DNA from: a bacterium
Lineage (GTDB): Bacteria > Actinomycetota > Acidimicrobiia > Spongiisociales > JAENVV01
NCBI GenBank assembly: GCA_024641305.1
Contig: JAHEDI010000003.1
Span: forward strand, 48,889 to 112,888
DNA: 64,000 nt
Direction of reading: 5' to 3'
A model generated the notes under the pieces. It was given only the letters and a program-made list of their open reading frames with translations. It did not search any database and was not told the DNA's origin. A program made the translations under genes and the position numbers. Shown piece after piece: positions 9,925-19,178 of the stretch. How positions within the stretch are numbered: the first letter of the stretch is position 1; each line of letters opens with the position of its first letter.

Positions 9925-10566
9925 TCAAGCTCCGGGAATGACGGCCAGTAGGATGCCCGATTCCAGGTTGATCGTGGCAATCGGAGAGCTGAATTGGTTT
10001 GAAAGGCCGCGGGACTCCCACGGTTCAAGCGCCTCATTGGCTAGCGGCCATCTGAGCCCCTGGGTGACGACGCCGGTGGCCGGCCCGCCGACCGCCAGGA
10101 GGCTGACCGTCGCGCCGACCGATCCGTGAAGCTGAGTCCACCGACGCACGACATATACATGCGCATGACCGGCCAACCACTCAACGTTCCGATTGGACAA
10201 ACTGGGAGCCGTGAGCACCGCGGCGTTTCCAAAGAAGTGATCGAGTCGTCCGCCATGGCCGCCCAGTACAACGATTCGTTCGGCGCCGAGTCGGACCGCC
10301 GCGTCGAGGGCCAGTTCAAGATCCGTGTAGTTCTTGTCCGTCGGATACTGTTCGATGGGAATGCCCTCGGAATCTGCCAGCGCTTTGGCGGAGACCGAAT
10401 CGAGGTCACCAACGATGAGATCGACTGCCAGGTTGAGGCGACGGGCATGGTCAAGACCTGAATCGGCAGCTATGACGTAGGCGTCGGCTGGCACATCTTC
10501 GATCTGGTCGAGGTGAACCGCGTCGCCTCCGGCAACCACAACCGCAGTAATCGGTTCGTTCAACAC
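9925..10566 (-). CDS. Thiamine pyrophosphokinase
   Basis: GDLDSV, KNYTDLELAL and GGHGGRLDH motifs match the TPK catalytic domain. Length 213 aa. Confidence 0.65.
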   Translation of the reverse strand: MLNEPITAVVVAGGDAVHLDQIEDVPADAYVIAADSGLDHARRLNLAVDLIVGDLDSVSAKALADSEGIPIEQYPTDKNYTDLELALDAAVRLGAERIVVLGGHGGRLDHFFGNAAVLTAPSLSNRNVEWLAGHAHVYVVRRWTQLHGSVGATVSLLAVGGPATGVVTQGLRWPLANEALEPWESRGLSNQFSSPIATINLESGILLAVIPGA

Positions 10567-10570
10567 TATG

Positions 10571-12502
10571 TCAATCTAGATAGCGTGCGAGCCAAGCGTG
10601 GACCTCGGAGTACCAGTAGATCGAGTTGTTCGGCTTGAGAATCCAATGATTTTCGTCCGGGAAGTAAACGAGACGAGCATCAACGCCTTTGGCCTTGAGG
10701 ACGCCGTACAGCTCAAGTCCCTGATTGATCGGGACCCGGTAGTCCTTCTCTCCGTGGATGATGAGCGTCGGCGTTTCGTAGCCGCCATAGTGGAACGATG
10801 GGCTCCAGCGGGCATTACGAACCGGATCCTCCCAGGGAGATGCCCCGGCTGCACGTTCCAGGCCGGTGGTCCAATCGGTCGCGTACATACTTGCGAGGTT
10901 TGTGACGGCCGCATGGGCGATGGCACAGGCAAATCGGTTGTCCTGGGTTGCCAGCCATGCCGTCAGGTACCCACCATAGGAGCCACCCGTAATGGCCATC
11001 CGATCTTGATCCACAACGCCGCGGACGATCAACGATTCGGTGGCTGCCAGGATATCGGCGGCCGGGCGCTTGCCCCAGGCGCCTGAGATCGATGTGGTGA
11101 AGGCATGGCCAAAGGACGAGGAACCATGGAAGTTGACCATGGCGACGACATAACCGGGCGCGGCGAAAGCATGAGCGTTCCATCGTTGGTGCCAGACGTC
11201 ACCGAAGCTGCCGTGCGGACCGCCATGAATCATGTGGACCAGCGGGTATTGGCGGCTGGAGTCGAAGTCGGGCGGGTATATGACGTACATTTGAACTGCC
11301 GCACCATCGGCGCCTTCGATCGTCGTATCTTCGACTTCACCTAGGTGGAGGTCGTCCAGGGAGGCATCGTTGAAATGGGTGAGACGTTCGAGTGACTCGC
11401 CAACCCAGGGGATGCTGATAAGTTCGGGGGGTTTGGACAACGACTGTTGCAGGAGGAAGAGGCGGTCGGGGGTCGACGCCGGGTCCGACACCGAGTGATC
11501 GGCGAGCATCCGACGTGGTTCGCCCCCGTCAAGCGGCACCAGGTAGGCCCGTGATCGGGCGGATTCTTCGGCGATTGCCAGGACGCCTGAGCCGTCCGGT
11601 ACGGCAACCCACGAAGACGGCGATAGATCCCAATCGTCGGCGAGGGCGGTCTGGGTTCCGTCGGACTCCAGCAGCGTGAGCCGCACTGGGCTTGCATAGA
11701 AATCCAGCTCCGCAGACGCCCCGAATACGATTCGGCCATCCGGCAAGAACACCGGACGGTCGTCGTCGCCGGGATTGTCGGGGGTGAGTTGGGCCAGTTC
11801 GCCGCCGGCCATCGGAACGCTCCACAGTTCGTACCGTGGCCTGGGAAGGGTTCGGTGGTCAAGGAGGGCCGCACTCACCACGAGTTGGGTACCGTCGGGC
11901 GAAATGTCGAAGTTCTCGGAGATCCCGGACAACGGAAGGCTGATGAACGCTTTCAACGTGGGAGTCAGGTCGTGCGTCAGCCCCGCCAATTCGACCTTGA
12001 AGAGATGGGTGACGTATTCGTCGGTGAGCCACGTGTCCCAGTATCGGTAGAACCGCCTTTCGGTCGTCTTGGCGCTCACCTTCGATTTGGAGCGTTCTTT
12101 GACGATCTCAGCAGTTCGGTCCGGGTCGGGACCGTACACGTTGGCCGCCACGATCAAGCCGCTTTCATCCGGTAGCCATCTCATGGCTTCCACGCCGAGC
12201 GGAAAGGAGGTCAGTACTTCGGACTCACCTCCGTCCATGGGCATCACGTGGACCTGAGGTAGATCGTTAACCTTGCGCAAGAACGCGAACTGATGGCCTG
12301 ACGGGGCAATGGCCGGGGCAGTGGCCGATGTACCGCCGGTGAGGGGCTTGCCGTCAGCCAATGCGTATATGCGTGTCAAACCTGCATCGGTGTCCGTGTC
12401 GAATGTCGTGACGGGGAAGACGCCCTGACCATGCTTGGCGACCGAGACCCGGCCAACTCGGGAGATTGCCCAGAGGTCTTCTGGGGTGATGGTTCGTGTC
12501 AT
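10571..12502 (-). CDS. S9 family serine peptidase (prolyl oligopeptidase / acylaminoacyl-peptidase-like)
   Basis: N-terminal beta-propeller region plus C-terminal alpha/beta hydrolase with the nucleophile motif ITGGSYGGY. Confidence 0.85.
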   Translation of the reverse strand: MTRTITPEDLWAISRVGRVSVAKHGQGVFPVTTFDTDTDAGLTRIYALADGKPLTGGTSATAPAIAPSGHQFAFLRKVNDLPQVHVMPMDGGESEVLTSFPLGVEAMRWLPDESGLIVAANVYGPDPDRTAEIVKERSKSKVSAKTTERRFYRYWDTWLTDEYVTHLFKVELAGLTHDLTPTLKAFISLPLSGISENFDISPDGTQLVVSAALLDHRTLPRPRYELWSVPMAGGELAQLTPDNPGDDDRPVFLPDGRIVFGASAELDFYASPVRLTLLESDGTQTALADDWDLSPSSWVAVPDGSGVLAIAEESARSRAYLVPLDGGEPRRMLADHSVSDPASTPDRLFLLQQSLSKPPELISIPWVGESLERLTHFNDASLDDLHLGEVEDTTIEGADGAAVQMYVIYPPDFDSSRQYPLVHMIHGGPHGSFGDVWHQRWNAHAFAAPGYVVAMVNFHGSSSFGHAFTTSISGAWGKRPAADILAATESLIVRGVVDQDRMAITGGSYGGYLTAWLATQDNRFACAIAHAAVTNLASMYATDWTTGLERAAGASPWEDPVRNARWSPSFHYGGYETPTLIIHGEKDYRVPINQGLELYGVLKAKGVDARLVYFPDENHWILKPNNSIYWYSEVHAWLARYLD

Positions 12503-12611
12503 GGTGCGAACCTACCAGGCTCCCAGGACGCGCATCCCCGGCAAGTAACGACGGCCATCATTGGCAGATGTGTTTATCGGCGCTCGGACTTGCCGGTCTA
12601 AGCTTTTGCCC

Positions 12612-13694
12612 ATGGACACAATCGGCGTACTGACTTCTGGTGGCGATGCGCCTGGTATGAACGCAGCCATTCGGGCAGTCGCCAAGGTCGCTTCGGCCAG
12701 GAACGTCCGGGTGCTTGGCATAGAACGCGGCTATGACGGTCTCATCGATGGTCGGTTTCGACAACTCACCAGAGCCGTGAGTTGGGGGATGGCTCCGATC
12801 GGCGCCTTGCAGTCGGAGGGCAACAAAGGTGGCACGATGCTCGGGACAGCCCGAAGTTCCCGTTTTTTGGCGCCTGAAGGTCGTCAGGAAGCTTCGAATC
12901 GGTTGCAGAGCCTCGGAGTGCGCGGCCTGATCGTCATCGGGGGCAACGGCTCGGTTGCCGGGGCTCATCACATGGCGATCGAATCGCCGATCCCGATCGT
13001 TGCCATTCCTGCCTCCATCGACAACGATATTGGGTGCACTTCGGACGCCATCGGTGTCGACACCGCCCTCAACACGATCGTGGAAGCCTGTGATCGAATC
13101 TCCGACACCGCTCAGTCTCTCAAACGGGCTTTTGTGGTCGAGGTGATGGGACGTCAATCAGGCTATCTGGCGATGTCGGCGGCCGTCGCGTCGGCAGCCG
13201 ACGCGGTTCTGATACCTGAGCACCAGAGCACGGAGGAAGAAATCGTTGATTCGATTGCCGAGCTCATTCACCGGAATCTGGCGACCGAACGGGCCAAAAG
13301 GCTTGTGCTCATCATCAAGGCAGAAGGGGTATCGATTCCCACTGATCGGTTGGTGTCAGAAATCGAAGCACGGCTGCTCGATACGAACATTGACGTGCGG
13401 GGAGTGGTGCTTGGTCACATCGTCAGGGGTGGAGCGCCCTCGTTTCATGATCGTATGTTGGCCGGGCGTCTCGGCCTGGTCGCTGTCGAGGCGATCATGA
13501 ACGGGATTACCGATCACATGACCGCTTGGAGAACGACGGTGAGTGGAGGGCGGCTCACCTCCGATCCGATGGTCGAACTCTTTCCGATCACCGATGTGCT
13601 CAACGAAACTGAGGCGCTTCTTGATGGGAGCTCCGAGATCACCAAGCGCCGGATTCGCCGCATGGAGGACATTCAGGGCGTCCTGGCTCTCTGA
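12612..13694 (+). CDS. pfkA: 6-phosphofructokinase
   Basis: GVLTSGGDAPGMNAAIRAV, IPASIDNDI and VVEVMGRQSGYLA motifs. Start at the internal ATG that gives the canonical N-terminus. Confidence 0.85.
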   Translation: MDTIGVLTSGGDAPGMNAAIRAVAKVASARNVRVLGIERGYDGLIDGRFRQLTRAVSWGMAPIGALQSEGNKGGTMLGTARSSRFLAPEGRQEASNRLQSLGVRGLIVIGGNGSVAGAHHMAIESPIPIVAIPASIDNDIGCTSDAIGVDTALNTIVEACDRISDTAQSLKRAFVVEVMGRQSGYLAMSAAVASAADAVLIPEHQSTEEEIVDSIAELIHRNLATERAKRLVLIIKAEGVSIPTDRLVSEIEARLLDTNIDVRGVVLGHIVRGGAPSFHDRMLAGRLGLVAVEAIMNGITDHMTAWRTTVSGGRLTSDPMVELFPITDVLNETEALLDGSSEITKRRIRRMEDIQGVLAL

Positions 13695-13709
13695 ACGGGC
13701 CCGTATGGC

Positions 13710-15191
13710 CTAGCGGCCGGTTCGCTCGTTTAGCTCCCGCATTCGCCGCACCACTCCGGCCGGGATATCGACGTCGGTCATCCTCCAACTCCAGTTCCCG
13801 GCCGGTTTGCCAGGGAGGTTCATCCGGGCCGAACCGTCGAGACCGAGTAGGTCCTGCAGTGGAGCGATCGACAGGGCGGCCCGTGATTCCCAGGCGGCGG
13901 TGATCAAGTCCCAGGCAATGTCGGACCCGTCGATGCTGAGGTAGGTTCGTGCTTGATGCCGGGTGGCTTCGTCGGAAGCCCTCCACCATCCGAGGGTCGT
14001 GTCGTTGTCGTGGGTCCCGGTGTAGACGACGCAGTTGGTTGGGAAGAAGTGAGGCAAGAAGGGATTTGACTCGTCGCCATCAAAGGCGAATTGGAGGATC
14101 TTCATTCCCGGCAGTTCGAACTTGTCCCGTAGCGCGAAGACGGCCGCCGAAATCTCGCCCAGGTCTTCGGCAATGATTGGCAGATCGGGAAAATGTTCTG
14201 CAACGACGTGAAAGAACCCTTCGCCTGGTCCGTTGAGCCACTGGCCACTTTCGGCGGTCGGGCTGCCTGCCGGGATCTCCCAATAGTCTGCGAACGCCCG
14301 GAAATGGTCGATGCGGGCAAGATCCACGAGGCGGAGGGTGGCGGCCAGGCGGTCCATCCACCAGCGGTAGCCCTGGTTGGCATGGACCTCCCACCGATAC
14401 TGGGGGTTCCCCCAGAGCTGTCCGGTGGATGAGAAGTAGTCGGGTGGCACGCCGGCGATGAGTGTGGCCTTCCCGGTATCGTCGACTTCGAATAGTTCCC
14501 GGTTGGCCCAGACGTCGGCCGAGTCGGACGACACAAATATGGGGAGGTCGCCAATGATCCGGATTCCCCGGGAGGCGGCGTATTGATGCAGTGCATGCCA
14601 TTGCTTGAAGAATAAGAACTGTCCGAATGCCACCCGGCGGAGTTCGTCGCCAGCGCCGAATCGTAACTGTTCGATGGCCGCCGGAACGCGGTCGCGAAAC
14701 TCGGGCGACCAACTGGTGAAGCTTCCACCGCCCTGGCGAGCTTTGATGACCATGAACAAGGCGAAATCGTCAAGCCAAGCAGACTCTGATTGCACGAATC
14801 TGTTGAATTCATCGACCAAACCGGCAGGATTGGTCTGGCGGAACGTCACATAGGCCCGGTCGATCAACGTGGTTTTCCATTTGATGGCTGCCCCGTAGTC
14901 GACCGAATGAGACGGAAAGACGGGGCGGTCAGTCGGTTGGTCCAGCAGCTGATCGCCGATGAGGAGGTCGGCACTGATGAGATACGGGTTTCCGGCAAAC
15001 GACGAGAAACACTGATACGGAGAATCCCCATATCCGGTCGGTCCAAGGGGGAGGACTTGCCAGTAGGTGCAGCCCATGGCTGCGAGTGTATCGATCCACG
15101 CGTATGAGGCTGGTCCGATATCTCCGATGCCGTCGGGCCCCGGTAGGGAAGTGGGATGGAGTAACACTCCACTTGAACGTTCTTGCAGCAT
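13710..15191 (-). CDS. malQ: 4-alpha-glucanotransferase (amylomaltase, GH77)
   Basis: SGVLLHPTSLPGP...GIGDIG N-terminus and GH77 catalytic regions. Start trimmed to the M of MLQERSSGVLLH. Confidence 0.85.
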   Translation of the reverse strand: MLQERSSGVLLHPTSLPGPDGIGDIGPASYAWIDTLAAMGCTYWQVLPLGPTGYGDSPYQCFSSFAGNPYLISADLLIGDQLLDQPTDRPVFPSHSVDYGAAIKWKTTLIDRAYVTFRQTNPAGLVDEFNRFVQSESAWLDDFALFMVIKARQGGGSFTSWSPEFRDRVPAAIEQLRFGAGDELRRVAFGQFLFFKQWHALHQYAASRGIRIIGDLPIFVSSDSADVWANRELFEVDDTGKATLIAGVPPDYFSSTGQLWGNPQYRWEVHANQGYRWWMDRLAATLRLVDLARIDHFRAFADYWEIPAGSPTAESGQWLNGPGEGFFHVVAEHFPDLPIIAEDLGEISAAVFALRDKFELPGMKILQFAFDGDESNPFLPHFFPTNCVVYTGTHDNDTTLGWWRASDEATRHQARTYLSIDGSDIAWDLITAAWESRAALSIAPLQDLLGLDGSARMNLPGKPAGNWSWRMTDVDIPAGVVRRMRELNERTGR

Positions 15192-15223
15192 ACGGCGACA
15201 CGATAGCTGCCTAGGATCGGCGG

Positions 15224-16324
15224 ATGGCTGTTGCTGGATCCGTTGTGCTCTTCTCGCTCGGTCTCGCATTGGTGGCCGCCACGCTCGTCTCAGCGGTCCG
15301 CACCGTCGTCTTGCCTCGAGCTGCCCAATCGTGGCTCACCGGGATGCTTTTCGGAGCTTCCGGCAAGCTCTTCCGCCTACTCGCCAACGAACGACGGTCC
15401 TTTGAGGCGCGGGATCGGGTCATGGCGTTGTTTGCGCCGATCACGTTGGTACTGCTGCCGGTGGTGTGGGTCATTGTGGTCGGAACGGGCTACACCGCGA
15501 TGTTCAAGGCGATCGGGGCGATAACCTGGACCGAGGCGTTCCGCATCTCTGGTTCGAGCCTGCTGACACTCGGATTTGCCCCGGTTGATACCAACCTCGA
15601 ACACGTCGTGGCTTTCTCTGAAGCCATTCTCGGACTGGGTTTGGTTGCGTTGCTCATCACTTTCTTACCGTCGATCTACTCCTCGTTTGCTCGCCGGGAA
15701 GCCATGGTCACGCTGATGGAAGTGCGCGGTGGAACTCCACCAAGTGCCACCCAGTTTCTCCTCCGGTTTCATCGAATCGGATGGATGGACCAATTGGATC
15801 AGGAGTGGGCGGCGTGGGAGCAGTGGTTTGCCGAATTGCAGGAAGCCCACACGACATTCCCTGCGTTGAATTTTCTCCGTTCCCCACAGATGGACCTTTC
15901 GTGGATAACGGCCGCCGGTGCTGCCCTCGACGCGGCCGCGCTCGCGCAGACATCGTTGGTCAGGGAGCCGAGTCCGGCAGGACGGGTGGTGATCCGAGCC
16001 GGGTTCATAACACTGCGACGGATCGCCGATGTATTCGGGATCGTCTACGACCCCGACCCCCAGTACGGCGACCCGATTGCTCTGACATTTGCCGAATTCG
16101 ATGAGGCGCTCGACGCGCTGGCTGAAGATGGAATCGCGGTGGTCGACGACCGCCAGCAGGCGTGGAGGGACTTTTCGGGTTGGCGGGTCAACTATGAAGC
16201 AGTGCTCTTGGAGATTGCCGAACTGATTATGGCGCCGTATGCGCCCTGGGTTTCGGATCGCTCAAGCGTGCAGTTGCATCCGCCTAAGCGGATTCGCTGG
16301 GGACCTCGTGGATCTCGATCGTGA
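15224..16324 (+). CDS. Hypothetical integral membrane protein
   Basis: Long ORF with several hydrophobic segments in its N-terminal half. No recognisable domain. Confidence 0.4.
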   Translation: MAVAGSVVLFSLGLALVAATLVSAVRTVVLPRAAQSWLTGMLFGASGKLFRLLANERRSFEARDRVMALFAPITLVLLPVVWVIVVGTGYTAMFKAIGAITWTEAFRISGSSLLTLGFAPVDTNLEHVVAFSEAILGLGLVALLITFLPSIYSSFARREAMVTLMEVRGGTPPSATQFLLRFHRIGWMDQLDQEWAAWEQWFAELQEAHTTFPALNFLRSPQMDLSWITAAGAALDAAALAQTSLVREPSPAGRVVIRAGFITLRRIADVFGIVYDPDPQYGDPIALTFAEFDEALDALAEDGIAVVDDRQQAWRDFSGWRVNYEAVLLEIAELIMAPYAPWVSDRSSVQLHPPKRIRWGPRGSRS

Positions 16325-17552
16325 GCTTTTCGAAGGCGCTCCGCAAGGCGCGTTCGACGTGCTCGGGGCGCTCGGCCGTGGCGAATAGGAACCCGAGGTA
16401 GCGGTTGCCTTCCGGCCATGCCTCGACCCGTTCACCCACGGGAATGCTGATCGTAAGCTTGGTTATTCCGGGAACCTTGAGCGCGGCGTGCGTCCCGTGG
16501 ACTCCCCGGAAAAAGCCAGTGGTGGCGGTAGGCAGCATCATGACTCCGGAGGCGGCGTGATATGGGCGAATCTCGGGAATTCTCATACCGAGGGCTGCCC
16601 GCAAAAGCATGGTTTCGAGGCTTGTCCCGAGGAGGCCAAATTGCAGGGCTTGGCCGCACAAGCCACCGATTGGTCTGGCGGCTACTTCAATGACTCGAAC
16701 GAAGGATCCATCGATTCGGAGCTCGGCATGGATTGGGCCTTCGGTTAGACCGATCGCATCAATCGCTCTCTGGGTGGTGGCGGCCACCTCGGTAAGTACT
16801 TCTGGCTCGTGCCGGGAGGGGGTTATGTACAGAGACTCCTCGAAGAACGGCCCGTCAAGCGGATCGGGCTTGTCCAGGACCGCAAGTATCTTCAGGCAGC
16901 CGCCGACGAGCACGCCCTCGACGGCTACTTCTTGGCCGGGTACGAACCGTTCAAAGAGCAGTGGTTCGTTGGGGTTGCGGCCCGCGCAAGCCAGGATTCG
17001 TCGGATTCGATCCACCGCTTCTGGTGCTTCTTGCGGTGAGTCGATCCGGATGACCCCTTGAGAAGCCGCCAGACTCAGGGGTTTGATGACCAGTGGCATG
17101 GTCAATTCGGAAGCCGCCTGAGCCGGATCTGCCGACCGTTCGACGACCACGAAGGGCGGCTGGGCCACCTTGGAGCGCAACGCCCGACGAAGCATCGCCT
17201 TCTCCCGTGTGATGGCAACTGCCGCAGGATGGTTATGCGCGAGTTTGAGGTCGTGGGCGGCGTAGGCGGCCACCAGCACGCCTTGATCGTCGACTGGCAC
17301 GATCGCCGCGAATGGGGTGGTGGCATGCCGCTCGACGATGTCGGCCGCCGCTTGAATCGGATTGCCAAGATCGACGAGAAGGAAGTCGGCGTCGTCAAGA
17401 AGCAACTGGCGGCGCTCCGACACGACCGTGAGTCGAACTCCAAGGTCGCGGGCAGCTTCGAGGAAGGCTGTGGCCCGATACGTCTCCGAGGGAAGGATGA
17501 TCGCGACGCGTTGCACCTCTCCATATTTGCCGGTTTGTGTGACGACCGCCAA
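16284..17552 (-). CDS. ATP-grasp domain protein of unknown specificity
   Basis: ATP-grasp fold features (VIKPLSLAASQGV, a Gly-rich loop, an EV..RP..G metal-binding region). Its 3' end overlaps the convergent gene by 41 nt. Confidence 0.55.
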   Translation of the reverse strand: MAVVTQTGKYGEVQRVAIILPSETYRATAFLEAARDLGVRLTVVSERRQLLLDDADFLLVDLGNPIQAAADIVERHATTPFAAIVPVDDQGVLVAAYAAHDLKLAHNHPAAVAITREKAMLRRALRSKVAQPPFVVVERSADPAQAASELTMPLVIKPLSLAASQGVIRIDSPQEAPEAVDRIRRILACAGRNPNEPLLFERFVPGQEVAVEGVLVGGCLKILAVLDKPDPLDGPFFEESLYITPSRHEPEVLTEVAATTQRAIDAIGLTEGPIHAELRIDGSFVRVIEVAARPIGGLCGQALQFGLLGTSLETMLLRAALGMRIPEIRPYHAASGVMMLPTATTGFFRGVHGTHAALKVPGITKLTISIPVGERVEAWPEGNRYLGFLFATAERPEHVERALRSAFEKLTIEIHEVPSESA

Positions 17553-17592
17553 AACTGAACTAACATGTCCCTTCGCGCACAGTGGAGATCCC

Positions 17593-18222
17593 TTGACTAC
17601 TCAACCGCTTTCGATAACCGATGATGCGGTCGGCAAGATTATCGAGATTCGCGATGGCGAAGAGTCAGAACACGAACTTGCCCTATTTATCGAGATTACT
17701 GGTATCAAAGGCCCGCAGTTTGTGTACGAGCTGAGCTTCATGCCGGTGTCTGACCAAAAAGAAACCGACGAGCGCTACACGTACGGATTGCTGTCGGTTC
17801 TCATTCCGAAGAAAGATGTCGCCAATCTCGATGGCGCCGTCCTGTCGCTCGGGTCTGACCCGGCCAACCCGGCATTGGCGATCGACAACCCCAATCAGCC
17901 ATCCACGCCGTTGATGAGCGGGGCAGGCATCCCCGGGGATTTGGTTGGCCCGCTCGCCGACAAGGTCCAGCAAGTGCTGGAGCGTCAGGTCAATCCTTCT
18001 ATCGCCGGACACGGGGGAGCGGCTCGTCTCGTTTCTGTCGATGACCGTACTGCCTATCTCGAGCTTATGGGTGGCTGTCAGGGCTGTGGCATGGCATCCG
18101 TAACCCTCAAGCAGGGGATTGAGCGGATCCTTAAAGATGCGATTCCCGAGCTGCTGGCGGTGGAGGACGTGACGGATCATGCTTCTGGCACTGACCCCTA
18201 CTACGAGGCCGCCAAAAAGTAA
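17593..18222 (+). CDS. NfuA-like Fe-S cluster assembly protein (IscA/HesB-fold N-domain plus Nfu C-domain)
   Basis: C-terminal Nfu motif LMGGCQGCGMASVTLKQGIE. Start placed at an in-frame TTG, because using the upstream ATG would make two divergent genes overlap at their 5' ends. The start is uncertain. Confidence 0.55.
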   Translation: MTTQPLSITDDAVGKIIEIRDGEESEHELALFIEITGIKGPQFVYELSFMPVSDQKETDERYTYGLLSVLIPKKDVANLDGAVLSLGSDPANPALAIDNPNQPSTPLMSGAGIPGDLVGPLADKVQQVLERQVNPSIAGHGGAARLVSVDDRTAYLELMGGCQGCGMASVTLKQGIERILKDAIPELLAVEDVTDHASGTDPYYEAAKK

Positions 18223-18728
18223 TCAGCGGGTTTGAATCCGCAAGATGTGGGTACGGTTCTCCCCCAAACCAGGCCGGCTTGGGTTTCCAGTCGGATCCAG
18301 GTTTCCTTGATGGCATCGGATATCCGTTTTCCCCGCCCCTCCTCAAAGAGGAGCTGTCCATCAAATCGATGTCCCCCGACCAGTTCGATAAGGGCATGGG
18401 CCCGCCCGTATTAACCAGCGGGGTAGGCGCCGGACACGGCCCGGATGGCTGACACCGTCGATTTACCGATGAGCTGAAATCTCTCTGCGCGTATCTTGAA
18501 TGGGAGCATCGGCTCGCCGTCGTCGGTCAGCAGTTCGCCGATTGTCTCAGGCCCGCTGCGATGAATCGATTGGTGAGCCAGGAAAACGGTTTTCCGGCGT
18601 CCACCGCCCCGTTCACGAGGTACAGCGTGGCAGGTACCGGCTGTTTCTTAACGTGTACAGCCTCCATGGGCACTAACCCTAGCCCTGGGGGCCACGCAGA
18701 GCGGTTGTTCTGAGTTGGCCTGATTCGT

Positions 18729-19178
18729 CTAGGCGTCTGTGTGGGCTTTGATGATGTGTTGTCGGCTCAGCCACGTTAAGACCGAACCGGTCTGGAGAGC
18801 GTGCCAGGCGAAATCGCCGTTGAGTGCATCTGAGATTCGGTCACCCATTCCGGCCGGAATGCGTAGCTGGCCTTGGAAGATATGACCGCCGGTGGTTTCG
18901 ATCCGGGCAGGCACGCTGCTAACCAGGTTCTTGGCACCGGCGGAGGTTGCCGAAACTTCGGTTCCGACGATGTGATGGCGTCCGACGAGGAAGAACCGAC
19001 CAGCCTGGTCGTGCATCGGCAACATCGGGCTTGATGAACGTATCAAATCCAACACGGTCTCATGGCCACTGTGCGTGGCTGAGAACTCTGCAAGGAAGAG
19101 CGTGCCGCGAACGACAGTGGAGTTGGTCAGGTACAGGGAAGCAGGGGTCTCAAACTTGGCGACCCGGTAGTCGTTCAT
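18729..19178 (-). CDS. Hypothetical protein co-transcribed with pilT
   Basis: 149-aa ORF whose ATG overlaps the pilT stop (ATGA). No recognised domain. Confidence 0.4.
   Translation of the reverse strand: MNDYRVAKFETPASLYLTNSTVVRGTLFLAEFSATHSGHETVLDLIRSSSPMLPMHDQAGRFFLVGRHHIVGTEVSATSAGAKNLVSSVPARIETTGGHIFQGQLRIPAGMGDRISDALNGDFAWHALQTGSVLTWLSRQHIIKAHTDA

Noticed and set aside
14080-14812. 210-236-aa ORFs antisense within malQ
   Set aside because: Shadow ORFs inside a well-supported GH77 gene.
18224-18240. GCGGGTTTGAATCCGC resembling a tRNA T-arm (GGTTCGAATCC)
   Set aside because: It has T instead of the invariant C in the T-loop. There is no acceptor/CCA context downstream, and the upstream sequence is the nfuA-like coding end. 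It is just a small hairpin, possibly a weak terminator.
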